Below, piece after piece: positions 9,412 through 18,566 of a stretch of 56,927 nt of DNA (position 1 is the first letter of the stretch; the number at the start of each line of letters is the position of its first letter). Where the stretch lies: assembly GCA_028276365.1 (NCBI GenBank), contig JAPYWL010000005.1, positions 1-56,927 on the forward strand, written 5' to 3'. The position numbers and the translations under genes are program-made. The stretch comes from Deltaproteobacteria bacterium. Lineage in GTDB: Bacteria; DRYD01. A model generated the notes under the pieces. It made no database searches and was not told the DNA's origin. It saw only the letters and a program-made list of their open reading frames with translations.

Positions 9412-10551
9412 ATGGATACTAAAATTATATTTTTAAGCAATGGTTATGGAGAAGATACCATAAGCACATACATAATAAGAGAGCTTAAGAATAAGATAAA
9501 CAATATTGATATATCAGCATTTCCGTTAGTAAATAATGGAGAAAAATATAAACAAAATAATATAAAAGTAATAGGACCTACAAAGATTTTAAAAAGCTCA
9601 GGCATAAGCGGATTCCTAAATATTAAAAACTTCATCATTGATATAAAAGATGGGCTACTAAACTTAATCCTTGAACAATTAAACTTTTTAAAAGAATATA
9701 AAAATAAAAAAAATATATACTTAGTAGCAGTAGGAGATATATATCCGTTATTCTTAAGTGTTTTTGAAAATAAATTATCTAAAACCAATGTAATATTTAT
9801 CCCAACTGCTAAATCCTATAAAACCGAACCATTTAATTTTATCGAAATATATCTTATGTCTTTAGTTAATGCTAATTTTGTTAGAGATGAAATAACTTAT
9901 CTAAAACTAAAGAACAAATTAAATAATGTTTATTTTGTAGGTAATCCAGTCTTAGATATAGAATATCTACAGCTTAGTGAAAATATAAATCTTATAAATA
10001 ATATTATAATTTTACCTGGTAGAAAACAAAACTGTTTAAATAATCTATTTTACTTTATTAAAGCAATTAATTTAATACTAAATAAAATAAAAGCAGAAAA
10101 TATTTTAAATTTTTTGCCAACTTTTAGCATAATAGTTCCAGATTTTTACCCAATAAATGAAATAAAAAATCTAATAGAAAGTGAAATAAATCAGGAAAAC
10201 AAAGAAAAAGTATATTTATTAAGTGATAAATATTATAGGTATGTATTAGAAAATAGTTATTTAGTATGGGGTCAAGGGGGAAGTGCCAATGAACAAGCAG
10301 CTGGATATAAATTACCTATTATCTCTTTTAATGAAAATAACTGGTATAGAAAAAGGCAAAAAAAACTATTAAACAATTGCTTAACATTAGTAAAACAATA
10401 CGATATAGATTCTTTAGTAAGTGAAACTATTAATTTATTTAAAGATAAAAGTAAATATGATTTTTTAAGAAAAGAATGCTATAAAGAAATGGGTCCCTTA
10501 AACGGAGCAATCAATATCGCTAATTATATTTTCAACTTAATTACTAAATAA
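9412..10551 (+). CDS. Lipid-A-disaccharide-synthase-related glycosyltransferase-like protein (uncharacterised family)
   Basis: The N-terminus IFLSNGYGEDTIS resembles the LSNGHGED start of the LpxB-related uncharacterised family. The C-terminus GGSANEQAAGYKLPII is GT-B-like. The family assignment is from memory. Confidence 0.5.
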   Translation: MDTKIIFLSNGYGEDTISTYIIRELKNKINNIDISAFPLVNNGEKYKQNNIKVIGPTKILKSSGISGFLNIKNFIIDIKDGLLNLILEQLNFLKEYKNKKNIYLVAVGDIYPLFLSVFENKLSKTNVIFIPTAKSYKTEPFNFIEIYLMSLVNANFVRDEITYLKLKNKLNNVYFVGNPVLDIEYLQLSENINLINNIIILPGRKQNCLNNLFYFIKAINLILNKIKAENILNFLPTFSIIVPDFYPINEIKNLIESEINQENKEKVYLLSDKYYRYVLENSYLVWGQGGSANEQAAGYKLPIISFNENNWYRKRQKKLLNNCLTLVKQYDIDSLVSETINLFKDKSKYDFLRKECYKEMGPLNGAINIANYIFNLITK

Positions 10552-10568
10552 AATTTCTTAATAAATAT

Positions 10569-11585
10569 TTACCTCTTCATCAATTTTTTATTTTTATATT
10601 CTAAAAACATAAATACCAATATAGTAAAAATAATCCAAAAAGAAAATAATACAAAATAAGTACTTGGTAATTTGTATAAATCCATTAAATTCTTAATAAC
10701 ATACTCCCCAAATATTAAATGAACAACATAAATAAATAATGAATTCCTACCTAATACAGATAAAACATGAAATAAGTAATTATCTATATTTTTACTATTT
10801 AAAAAAATAAAAAATGAAAATAATAGATTAATAAAACTAAGGGACCAATAAATAAAAGATAAAGTAGGGGGGTAGAATAATTCAGCATAACCTTCCCTTA
10901 CATATGAACTACCGCTAATCTTATATAAGATAAAACTTAAAATGACAAAAACAATAAAATTAATAAAAATAAAGAATTTATTAAGAAATATATCTTTCTT
11001 ATTTGTATATAACCAAAAATAAAATAATCCCATTAAGGCAATACCTTCAAATGGAAAAATAGGAAACCAACCATCTATAAAAAACTGCTTAATAGTATAA
11101 TTAAATAAAACCTCTTTAAATTCTTGAAAATTAAATAATAAAACTTCCTTAGGTATATCAATATATCCAAAAACAGATTGGAAATAATAAGTTAAAACAA
11201 AAATAATATTAGCCATTATTAAAATAACAAAGTTATTTATCTTAATTAATAAGCTATTTAAAATTGTACTAAATCCTATTAAATATAGAACATCAAAAGA
11301 AGTAAATGGAAAAATTTTATATACAACAATATCAATAAACACAGCCCAAAAAATTAAATATAATCCTCTCTTTAAGTAATAATCATAATTATATTTTTTT
11401 ATGTAGTAATTATAAGCTATCATAAAGTTAGATAGTAAAATAAAAATAGGAGCCGCAATGGAGTATATAAATCTTAAACTAAAATGTGGATTATCTACAA
11501 CATAAGGACTAAAATTAGCTAAAATCATAAAAACAATAGCCAACCCCCTTAAAATATCTATAACCCTATCTCTTTTATTTAACAT
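10569..11585 (-). CDS. Integral membrane acyltransferase-like protein (DUF1624 / heparan-alpha-glucosaminide N-acetyltransferase-like)
   Basis: N-terminal RVIDILRGLAIVFMILAN motif followed by about 9 hydrophobic segments. Confidence 0.5.
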   Translation of the reverse strand: MLNKRDRVIDILRGLAIVFMILANFSPYVVDNPHFSLRFIYSIAAPIFILLSNFMIAYNYYIKKYNYDYYLKRGLYLIFWAVFIDIVVYKIFPFTSFDVLYLIGFSTILNSLLIKINNFVILIMANIIFVLTYYFQSVFGYIDIPKEVLLFNFQEFKEVLFNYTIKQFFIDGWFPIFPFEGIALMGLFYFWLYTNKKDIFLNKFFIFINFIVFVILSFILYKISGSSYVREGYAELFYPPTLSFIYWSLSFINLLFSFFIFLNSKNIDNYLFHVLSVLGRNSLFIYVVHLIFGEYVIKNLMDLYKLPSTYFVLFSFWIIFTILVFMFLEYKNKKLMKR

Positions 11586-11760
11586 CCTGAAATTAAAGTA
11601 AATTATAAAATTATTGTTTACATGTATAGTGTTTTTTTAGATTATTTGTTAAAACAGGAATAAATTAATTCTATTCTGAAAACCTATCAATTTTTCTTTA
11701 GTAATTACAAAGCCAGAAAAACTACCCTATTTCACATTAACAGTTTTTTTTTACTATGAA

Positions 11761-11848
11761 GGATTTTTTTATTTTTTTTACCTAATTATTATATTGGAGT
11801 AAATATACATCCTTCCTTAGTTTAGCTTACACATAGGGGAATTGAAAG
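11761..11848 (+). repeat. Leader-like T-rich block (11761-11807) plus a solitary 29-nt CRISPR-type repeat GTTTAGCTTACACATAGGGGAATTGAAAG (11820-11848)
   Basis: Near-identical copy on the minus strand at 19902-19819. Similarity ends exactly after ATTGAAAG. The repeat length and 3' ATTGAAAG are typical of Cas6-type repeats. No second repeat follows downstream. Confidence 0.65.
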
Positions 11849-11869
11849 TTTTAAAATCTTAAAACTTTC
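11844..11869. other. Perfect 11-bp hairpin (GAAAGTTTTAA-AATC-TTAAAACTTTC) spanning the repeat 3' end and the stop and last codons of 11851..13416
   Basis: Base pairing checked position by position (11844-11854 with 11869-11859). The plus strand follows with CCGTTTCTATTT. Confidence 0.5.
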
Positions 11870-13416
11870 CCGTTTCTATTTAGAATCTGATTATCTTTTA
11901 GAGTTAATTTTCCATTAACAAAAACGTATTTAATTCCATCAGGGTATTTATGAGGATCTAAGTAAGTTGAATTATCTTTTAATTCATTTAAATCAAAGAT
12001 AACAATATCAGCAAAATAATTTTTTTCAATACTTCCTCTTTTATAGATATTAAATTTTTTAGCAGGGAATTCAGATAACTTATATATAGCTTCCTTTAGA
12101 GATAAAACTTGCTTTTGTTTAACGTATTTATTTATAAATTTAACAAAGGTTCCATAAGTTCTAGGGTGAGGCCAAGACAAAGAATTAGGACATCTTATTG
12201 CACTATCACTAGCAACCATTACATAAGGCTTAGTCGCTATATAATCCACTTCTTCTTCATCCATTAAGAAATAAATAGCTCCTAAATCATAACCCTCTGT
12301 TTTTAATAGATAAATAACAGTTTTAGCAGGGGTTAATCCTAAATCCTTAGAAATTTGATCTATAGTTAATCCAACATATTTTAATAATTTAGGGTTATAA
12401 GCTTCAGATATAATAATTTTATCCCAAGGGGTGTGATAATTATTTTCTATATCTATTTCTACTTGTTCCTCATTTTCAGAAATATTAGCTATAATATCTT
12501 CAATAGATCCTTCTAAGTATTTATCAGGTAATACTTGAGATAATCCAGTATTAGAAGCTTCATAGGGATATTGATCAGCATCAATATTAATCCCTTCTTT
12601 TTTAGCATTTTCAATTAAATAACAAGCATCCCTTGCTTTACCTTTTGCTGAAGAAGCTGCTTTTAAATGAGAAATCTCAAAATTAACACCGCTCTCTCTT
12701 GAAATAGTTATGCTCTCTTGAATAGCTTCAAGTAATTTAGAGCTTTCAGAACGCATATGATTAGTTAAAATTTTACCCTTAGATTTAACTACTTTTGCTA
12801 ATTCTATTAACTCTTTAGTATCAGAAAATTTTCCAGGTATATAAATTAATCCTAAAGATAATCCAATAGCACCATCATCTAATACTTTTGATAACTCATT
12901 TTTAAAAAGCTCAATATCATTTTCACTAAGTTTAATATTATTATACCCAAATAATCCTCCTCTAATTTGTCCATGTCCCGCTAAATATCCATAATTAATA
13001 GCTATATCTAAAGATTCAATATAATCTAAATATTCCTTTAAAGATCCCCATTTTAATTCATTGATATTGTAGCTTTGTGCTTCAGTTTTTATTGAATTTA
13101 AAGTATTAGGATATAAAGGACTCACAGCGAACCCACAATTACCCGAAATAATAGTAGTAACCCCTTGATACAAAGCACTACAAGCATCAGGATTAGCTAT
13201 TATAGTTAAATCACTATGACTATGGACATCTATAAACCCAGGTGATACATATAAATTATTAGCATCTATAACTTCAAAGCCATTTACTCTTAAATTATCT
13301 ATATCTTCTTGATTTAGATTATCATAATTTATTTCAGCTATAACCTCATTATCTATAAATATATTTCCCTTTTTCTCCTTTTGAATTATATAACCATTTA
13401 TTATAGCATATTTCAT
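11851..13416 (-). CDS. N-acyl-D-amino-acid deacylase (D-aminoacylase), amidohydrolase superfamily
   Basis: Metal-binding motif PGFIDVHSHSD near the N-terminus. Length and C-terminal beta-sandwich-like end match the D-aminoacylase family. Confidence 0.8.
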   Translation of the reverse strand: MKYAIINGYIIQKEKKGNIFIDNEVIAEINYDNLNQEDIDNLRVNGFEVIDANNLYVSPGFIDVHSHSDLTIIANPDACSALYQGVTTIISGNCGFAVSPLYPNTLNSIKTEAQSYNINELKWGSLKEYLDYIESLDIAINYGYLAGHGQIRGGLFGYNNIKLSENDIELFKNELSKVLDDGAIGLSLGLIYIPGKFSDTKELIELAKVVKSKGKILTNHMRSESSKLLEAIQESITISRESGVNFEISHLKAASSAKGKARDACYLIENAKKEGINIDADQYPYEASNTGLSQVLPDKYLEGSIEDIIANISENEEQVEIDIENNYHTPWDKIIISEAYNPKLLKYVGLTIDQISKDLGLTPAKTVIYLLKTEGYDLGAIYFLMDEEEVDYIATKPYVMVASDSAIRCPNSLSWPHPRTYGTFVKFINKYVKQKQVLSLKEAIYKLSEFPAKKFNIYKRGSIEKNYFADIVIFDLNELKDNSTYLDPHKYPDGIKYVFVNGKLTLKDNQILNRNGKVLRF

Positions 13417-13728
13417 TTACTTCATTTTTCTCCTTTCTATTAATTTAAGAATTAATTTTTCTATTTCTTGTTTAGCAGTGTATCTTCTTAAATAAAATAT
13501 AACTGAATGATTAGAATAATTAGATACATTTAGGAAATACTTTTTATTATCTTTAGAAAAATTATTATAGAGCATAACTAAAGAAGGCTTTCCTTCAAAA
13601 TTACTAAAAGATAATTCAACTCTCTTCTTTCCATTATTTTTTATAATAGGTTTTAAATTCTGAATTTTTAATACCTTTATTAAGTAATAAAAAAACCTTT
13701 CATTACAATATTTTAACATATATTTCAC
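13417..13728 (-). CDS. Hypothetical 103-aa basic protein, abutting the D-aminoacylase start
   Basis: ORF only. Its stop codon is directly adjacent to the start of the downstream gene (13417/13416). Confidence 0.35.
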   Translation of the reverse strand: MKYMLKYCNERFFYYLIKVLKIQNLKPIIKNNGKKRVELSFSNFEGKPSLVMLYNNFSKDNKKYFLNVSNYSNHSVIFYLRRYTAKQEIEKLILKLIERRKMK

Positions 13729-13967
13729 TACTTAAAATTTTAATATCTAAAAATAAAAAATCTTCCTATTTATTTATTATTTATTATTTTTATAAATTCC
13801 TTTTAAGCTCTAAGATTTACTCTTAAAAATACACTCTTATATGCTTTTATGAAATTTGCTAAGGTAATATTTAACATTTATTTTATTACAGAACTGAATA
13901 GCTGTCAAGTTTCTTTTTTTAATTTATTTTCACCTTCTAAAAAATTGAAATTTCTTACAACCCTTTG

Positions 13968-15602
13968 TTAAACTAATAATCTTTTAAGGATTTTACCTGC
14001 CTGATTCTTAGGTAAATTATCTACAAATTGGATTTCTCTAGGTATTTTATATTGAGATAATTTATTTTTACATTCTCTTATTATATCGTTTTCAGTTAAA
14101 CTGGGATCGTTTTTAACAATAAAAGCCTTAACTATTTGTCCTTTAGAAGGATGATTAACCCCAACTACTGCAGCTTCTACAACTCCTTTAATAGAATATA
14201 ACACTTCTTCTACTTCCTTAGGAAATACTTTAAAACCACTTATTATTATCATTTCTTTTTTTCTATCTACTATTTTAAAATATCCATCTTGATCCATTTT
14301 AACGATATCTCCTGTATAAAGGTAACCATTTTTTATTGAGTTATTAGTTTCTTTTTGATTTTTATAATATCCTAACATTATTTGGGGACCTTTTATAATC
14401 AGCTCCCCTTCTTCATTTATTGACAATTCTTTACCAGATTCTATATCAATTACTTTAGCATCGGTATCGGGAATAGGTAATCCTATAGTACCTATTCTAT
14501 TTTCTCCATCAAAAATTGGGTTAATATGGGTTACAGGAGAAGCTTCTGAAAGCCCATACCCTTCTACTAATTTAGCATTAGTTAATTCAGTAAATCTTTT
14601 ATAGATTTCATAATTTAATGGAGCAGCACCTGAAATACACACCTTTATACTACTTATATCTACCTTTGATTTCTTAGCATATAAACTTATTGAATTATAT
14701 ATAGCAGGTACAGCAGGAAAAAAATCTATTTTATATTTACTTATCAACCTAAGCATTTGCTCTATAGAAAATTGAGGTAAAAGAACCATTGAATTAGCTA
14801 ATCTTACACTAACATTCATCCCAACTGTCATACCATAAGCATGAAATAAAGGTATTACATTTAAAGTTTTATGATTATTTTCAGGTTTAAACTCAAATAC
14901 CCAAGAAACTATTTGCTTAGAATTAGCTACTAAATTAAAGTGAGATAACATAGCAGCTTTTATTACTCCCGTTGTACCACCAGTATATTGTAAAACCGCT
15001 AACTTCTTTTTAACATTCATATTCTCATTTATATTCTTTATTTCTTTTTCAGCAATACTATATTTTATTAACTCAGATAATAAAACTATTTTATCTTGTA
15101 TTATTTTATTATCGATATTAAAATTTGGTTTAAAATATATATCATCAACAATGATTTTTTCAATATTATCAAGTATTTCAGGGATCTCAAAGAGTTTATT
15201 TAGAATCAAAGGAAAGGTTATAATATATTTACTATCAGAATCAAGGATATATTTTTTTATTTCAAATGCTGTTAGCTCAGGATTAATATTAACTACTACT
15301 GCTTTAGTAGCTAAAACTGAATAATACATAAAGATATAGCTAGGGACATTAGGTAAAAGAAAAGAGAATTTATCATCAATATTTACTCCTATATTAATTA
15401 AAGCTGATGCTATTTTTAAAACTATTTCATATAATTCTTTATATTTCAATATCTGATTAAATTCATCATATATTATAGCAATATTTTCAGGATAATTTAA
15501 AGCAGTTTTTTTAAGTAGCTCAAATAAGCTTATCTCTTCGTAATCAAGATGATATGGAACTTCTTTAGGATAACTTTTATACCATACTTTTTCCATAAAC
15601 AA
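13968..15602 (-). CDS. fadD: Long-chain-fatty-acid--CoA ligase (AMP-binding enzyme)
   Basis: AMP-binding signature LQYTGGTTGVIKAAMLSH, plus YGLSEASP, GDIV..D.DGYF.IVDRKKEMII, and a C-terminal GKILKR. Confidence 0.9.
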   Translation of the reverse strand: MFMEKVWYKSYPKEVPYHLDYEEISLFELLKKTALNYPENIAIIYDEFNQILKYKELYEIVLKIASALINIGVNIDDKFSFLLPNVPSYIFMYYSVLATKAVVVNINPELTAFEIKKYILDSDSKYIITFPLILNKLFEIPEILDNIEKIIVDDIYFKPNFNIDNKIIQDKIVLLSELIKYSIAEKEIKNINENMNVKKKLAVLQYTGGTTGVIKAAMLSHFNLVANSKQIVSWVFEFKPENNHKTLNVIPLFHAYGMTVGMNVSVRLANSMVLLPQFSIEQMLRLISKYKIDFFPAVPAIYNSISLYAKKSKVDISSIKVCISGAAPLNYEIYKRFTELTNAKLVEGYGLSEASPVTHINPIFDGENRIGTIGLPIPDTDAKVIDIESGKELSINEEGELIIKGPQIMLGYYKNQKETNNSIKNGYLYTGDIVKMDQDGYFKIVDRKKEMIIISGFKVFPKEVEEVLYSIKGVVEAAVVGVNHPSKGQIVKAFIVKNDPSLTENDIIRECKNKLSQYKIPREIQFVDNLPKNQAGKILKRLLV

Positions 15603-15795
15603 ATTTCCTCCACATTAATTACTTATATTATTTATTATCCTTTTTATATTCTATTCCTAATTTTTCAGATCCTTTTTTAGCAATTAAATCAATTTTGAAA
15701 CTAAAAAATAGTTTTTTAGAGGTAGAGATTTGAAATATGTAGAATAATATATCAAAATACCAATAATTTATTAAATAAAAAAAGGGGGATAATCA

Positions 15796-16158
15796 ATGAT
15801 AAAAAAAATTAGTAGAAATACATTAAGAAAAATTAGACATAAGAGAATAAGAAAGAAAATAAAGGGTACACCTGAAAGACCAAGGTGTAGCATATTTAAA
15901 AGCAATAAACACATTTACTTACAAGTAATAGATGACACGAAGGGAATTACATTAACTTACGCTAATTCCTTAGAAAAAGATATAAGAGAAAAAAAATTAA
16001 AATTTAAGCAATTAGTAGAGGAAGTAGTCAATAGATTAGTTTCAAGATGTAAAGATAAAAATATAAAAAAATTAGTATTTGATAGAAGTGGATATAAATA
16101 TCATGGGAATGTTAAAAAAGTAGCAGATATTTTAAGAAAAAATGGATTAGAACTATAA
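15796..16158 (+). CDS. rplR: 50S ribosomal protein L18
   Basis: RHKRIRKKIKGTPERPRCSIFKSNKHIYLQVIDD and FDRSGYKYHG. Strong SD AAAGGGGG. Confidence 0.95.
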   Translation: MIKKISRNTLRKIRHKRIRKKIKGTPERPRCSIFKSNKHIYLQVIDDTKGITLTYANSLEKDIREKKLKFKQLVEEVVNRLVSRCKDKNIKKLVFDRSGYKYHGNVKKVADILRKNGLEL

Positions 16159-16212
16159 AAAAAATTATAAAAAAGATAAATTAAATAAAATAAAAGGGGG
16201 TTAAAAAAAGGA

Positions 16213-16962
16213 ATGACTTTATTAGAAAAAGGTGGATATGACAGTATATTAGTTTCTTTAAGAAGAGTAACAAGAGTAATGAAAGGTGGTAAAAGGTTTA
16301 GGTTTAGTGCATTAGTAGTAGTAGGAGACGGTAATGGTAGAGTAGGAGCTGCATTAGCTAAGGCACCTGAAGCTATGTTAGCTATTAGAAAAGCAGAAGA
16401 AAAAGCTAAAAAAAATATGTTTAATGTCCCAATTGTTAATGAAACAATACCTCATGAAACAATTGGAATAAATACAACTTCAAAAGTATTATTAAAACCA
16501 GCAGGTTCAGGGACAGGTATAATAGCTTCTATGCCAGTTAGAAGTGTCTTAGAAAAAGCAGGGTATAAAAATATCTTAACCAAATCCTTAGGTAGTAATA
16601 ATCATATAAATTTAGTATGGGCTACTTTGGATGCTCTTAAAAAACTTAAAACCAAAGAACAACAATTAGAAATCTTACAATCCCAAGAATCAAAAGATCA
16701 ATTTGAAAAATATTTAAAAACTACTGAAATCAAAGAACAACCTAAAGAAAATAAAGTAAAAAATCAGCAAATAAATACAGAAATTCAAAAAAATTCTGAA
16801 AATAAATTAAAATATGAACAACAACAAAAAAATTATGATAAATCAAGTTTTAAACAAAAAGATAATTTCAAAAGGCCTCCCAATAAACCAAATTATAAAA
16901 AATTTAATAAAACCTATAAAGAATCTACATCAGAAAATCATGAGAATAAAAATCAAGAATAA
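16213..16962 (+). CDS. rpsE: 30S ribosomal protein S5 with a ~100-aa Lys/Gln/Asn/Glu-rich C-terminal extension
   Basis: Core [29 protein letters not shown]...[10 protein letters not shown]. The tail begins at about nt 16663. Confidence 0.95.
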   Translation: MTLLEKGGYDSILVSLRRVTRVMKGGKRFRFSALVVVGDGNGRVGAALAKAPEAMLAIRKAEEKAKKNMFNVPIVNETIPHETIGINTTSKVLLKPAGSGTGIIASMPVRSVLEKAGYKNILTKSLGSNNHINLVWATLDALKKLKTKEQQLEILQSQESKDQFEKYLKTTEIKEQPKENKVKNQQINTEIQKNSENKLKYEQQQKNYDKSSFKQKDNFKRPPNKPNYKKFNKTYKESTSENHENKNQE

Positions 16963-17020
16963 AAAATTAAATTTAATAAAAAATTAAATTTAAATTCTTT
17001 TATAAAGAGGTGTATTATTT

Positions 17021-17533
17021 ATGTATTTACAGGAATTAAAACCATATCCAAATAGTAAGAAAAAAAGGAAGAGAATAGGAAGAGGTTTAGGTAGTGGTCA
17101 TGGAGTAACTGCTACAAGAGGTACTAAAGGGCAAAAAGCAAGAAGTGGAGGAGCTAAGTCCCCATTTTTTGAAGGTGGTCAAAATCCATTATATCTTAGA
17201 GTCCCTTCTAAAGGTTTTACTAATATCTTTAAAAAAGAATATCATATCGTAAAACTTGAAGACTTAAATATATTTGATAATCATACAGTTGTTACACCTG
17301 ATTTACTAAATAAAGTAGGATTAATAAAATATAAAGATAAATTAGATAAAGAAATAAAGATTTTAGGTAATGGAGAACTTAATAAAACCTTAGAAATTCA
17401 CGCTCATAAAATAACCAAAAAAGCATTAAAAAAATTAGAAAAAACTAATTCTAAATTTTTAAAACTTCCACCTCTTAAAAATAAATTCAAAAAAACTAAA
17501 AAAACTCAAAAAATACAAAAAACTGCTACCTAA
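17021..17533 (+). CDS. rplO: 50S ribosomal protein L15 (Lys-rich tail)
   Basis: LKPYPNSKKKRKRIGRGLGSGHGVTATRGTKGQKARSG. Confidence 0.95.
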   Translation: MYLQELKPYPNSKKKRKRIGRGLGSGHGVTATRGTKGQKARSGGAKSPFFEGGQNPLYLRVPSKGFTNIFKKEYHIVKLEDLNIFDNHTVVTPDLLNKVGLIKYKDKLDKEIKILGNGELNKTLEIHAHKITKKALKKLEKTNSKFLKLPPLKNKFKKTKKTQKIQKTAT

Positions 17534-17606
17534 AAAATAAAAAATAGTAAATTAAAATAAAAATACTGTAATTAAAAAATATTATAATTAAAAATAGTTA
17601 AAATTA

Positions 17607-18533
17607 GTGCTAAAAATAGAAGAAAGCTATATTTTGTTATTTAAACGAGATTTAAATTTATCGAGTTTAACTACCTATAAAATAGGTGGAAAAAGTTTAG
17701 GGGTATTTATTTTTAATAATTCCTTTGATTTAATAAGATCCTTAGTATATTTTTCAAAAAGAGGAATCCCTTATAAAATAATTGGGAAAGGAAGTAATTT
17801 ATTAGTTACCGATGAAGAGTTAATAGAAAAAGTTTTTATAATAAATAAAGAGAGATATTTTTTTAATTATGAAAATAAAGTATTAGTTAATTCAGGGTTA
17901 GAATTACAGTATTTTATAAAAAAATTAATAGAATTAAATTTTGATTCATATCAAGAGTTAGCGGGCATCCCAGCAAGTGTAGGTGGGAGTGTATTCAATA
18001 ACGCTGGAATCCCTTCTATAGAAATATCTCAATATATTACTAAAATTTACTCTTTTAACAGAAAAAAAAGAAAAATTGAAGTAATAGAAATTAATAACAA
18101 AAACAAATCTAATTTTTTTAGTTATAGAAATTCATTTTTTAAAGAAGAAGCATTTAATAATAATTTTTATGATATACTGTATATAGAGTTTGAATTTAAT
18201 AATAAGAAACCCAAAGAAGAATTATTAAGGATTTATAATAAAACGTGGGAAAAGAGGATATTAACTCAGCCTTTAAATGTTCCGTCTTGTGGAAGTGTAT
18301 TTAAAAATGTTTTGTTAAATAATAATATTTTAAGGGCTTGGGAGATAATTGATAAATTGGGTTTTAGAGGATATACTTTTAATGGTGCTAAAGTCTCAGA
18401 AAAACATCCCAATTTTATCGTTAATTTTAATAATGCTAAATTTAAAGACGTTTATAGTATCATCCAAAAAATTAAAAATACCGCTAAATTAAATAACTAT
18501 AACTTAGATTTAGAAGTAGAAATAATAAAATAA
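17607..18533 (+). CDS. murB: UDP-N-acetylenolpyruvoylglucosamine reductase
   Basis: LTTYKIGG, IGKGSNLLV, PSCGSVFKN and VSEKHPNFIVN motifs. GTG start. Confidence 0.9.
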   Translation: MLKIEESYILLFKRDLNLSSLTTYKIGGKSLGVFIFNNSFDLIRSLVYFSKRGIPYKIIGKGSNLLVTDEELIEKVFIINKERYFFNYENKVLVNSGLELQYFIKKLIELNFDSYQELAGIPASVGGSVFNNAGIPSIEISQYITKIYSFNRKKRKIEVIEINNKNKSNFFSYRNSFFKEEAFNNNFYDILYIEFEFNNKKPKEELLRIYNKTWEKRILTQPLNVPSCGSVFKNVLLNNNILRAWEIIDKLGFRGYTFNGAKVSEKHPNFIVNFNNAKFKDVYSIIQKIKNTAKLNNYNLDLEVEIIK

Positions 18534-18566
18534 AATAAAGAATCTAAAACTAAAGGGAGGTTGAAA

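Noticed and set aside
9444-9788. Antisense or overlapping ORFs from the six-frame track: 9444..9788(-), 19028..19231(-), 21001..21252(-), 23911..24165(+), 26521..26739(-), 31174..31383(+), 32055..32336(+), 46933..47121(-), 47899..48105(-), 50432..50677(-), 53385..53696(-).
   Set aside because: Each is fully or largely embedded opposite a well-supported conserved gene. Each lacks an SD and has hydrophobic low-complexity composition typical of shadow ORFs in AT-rich DNA.
11849-11950. Search for a second repeat about 30-40 nt downstream of each solo CRISPR-type repeat, which would make a mini-array. For example, 11885-11915 contains ...TTTTAGAGTTAATTTTCC, which shares TAGAG..AATT.
   Set aside because: The match is only a few scattered bases inside the conserved C-terminal coding region of the D-aminoacylase. 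Nothing comparable follows the 19819 copy. I therefore do not call a CRISPR array.
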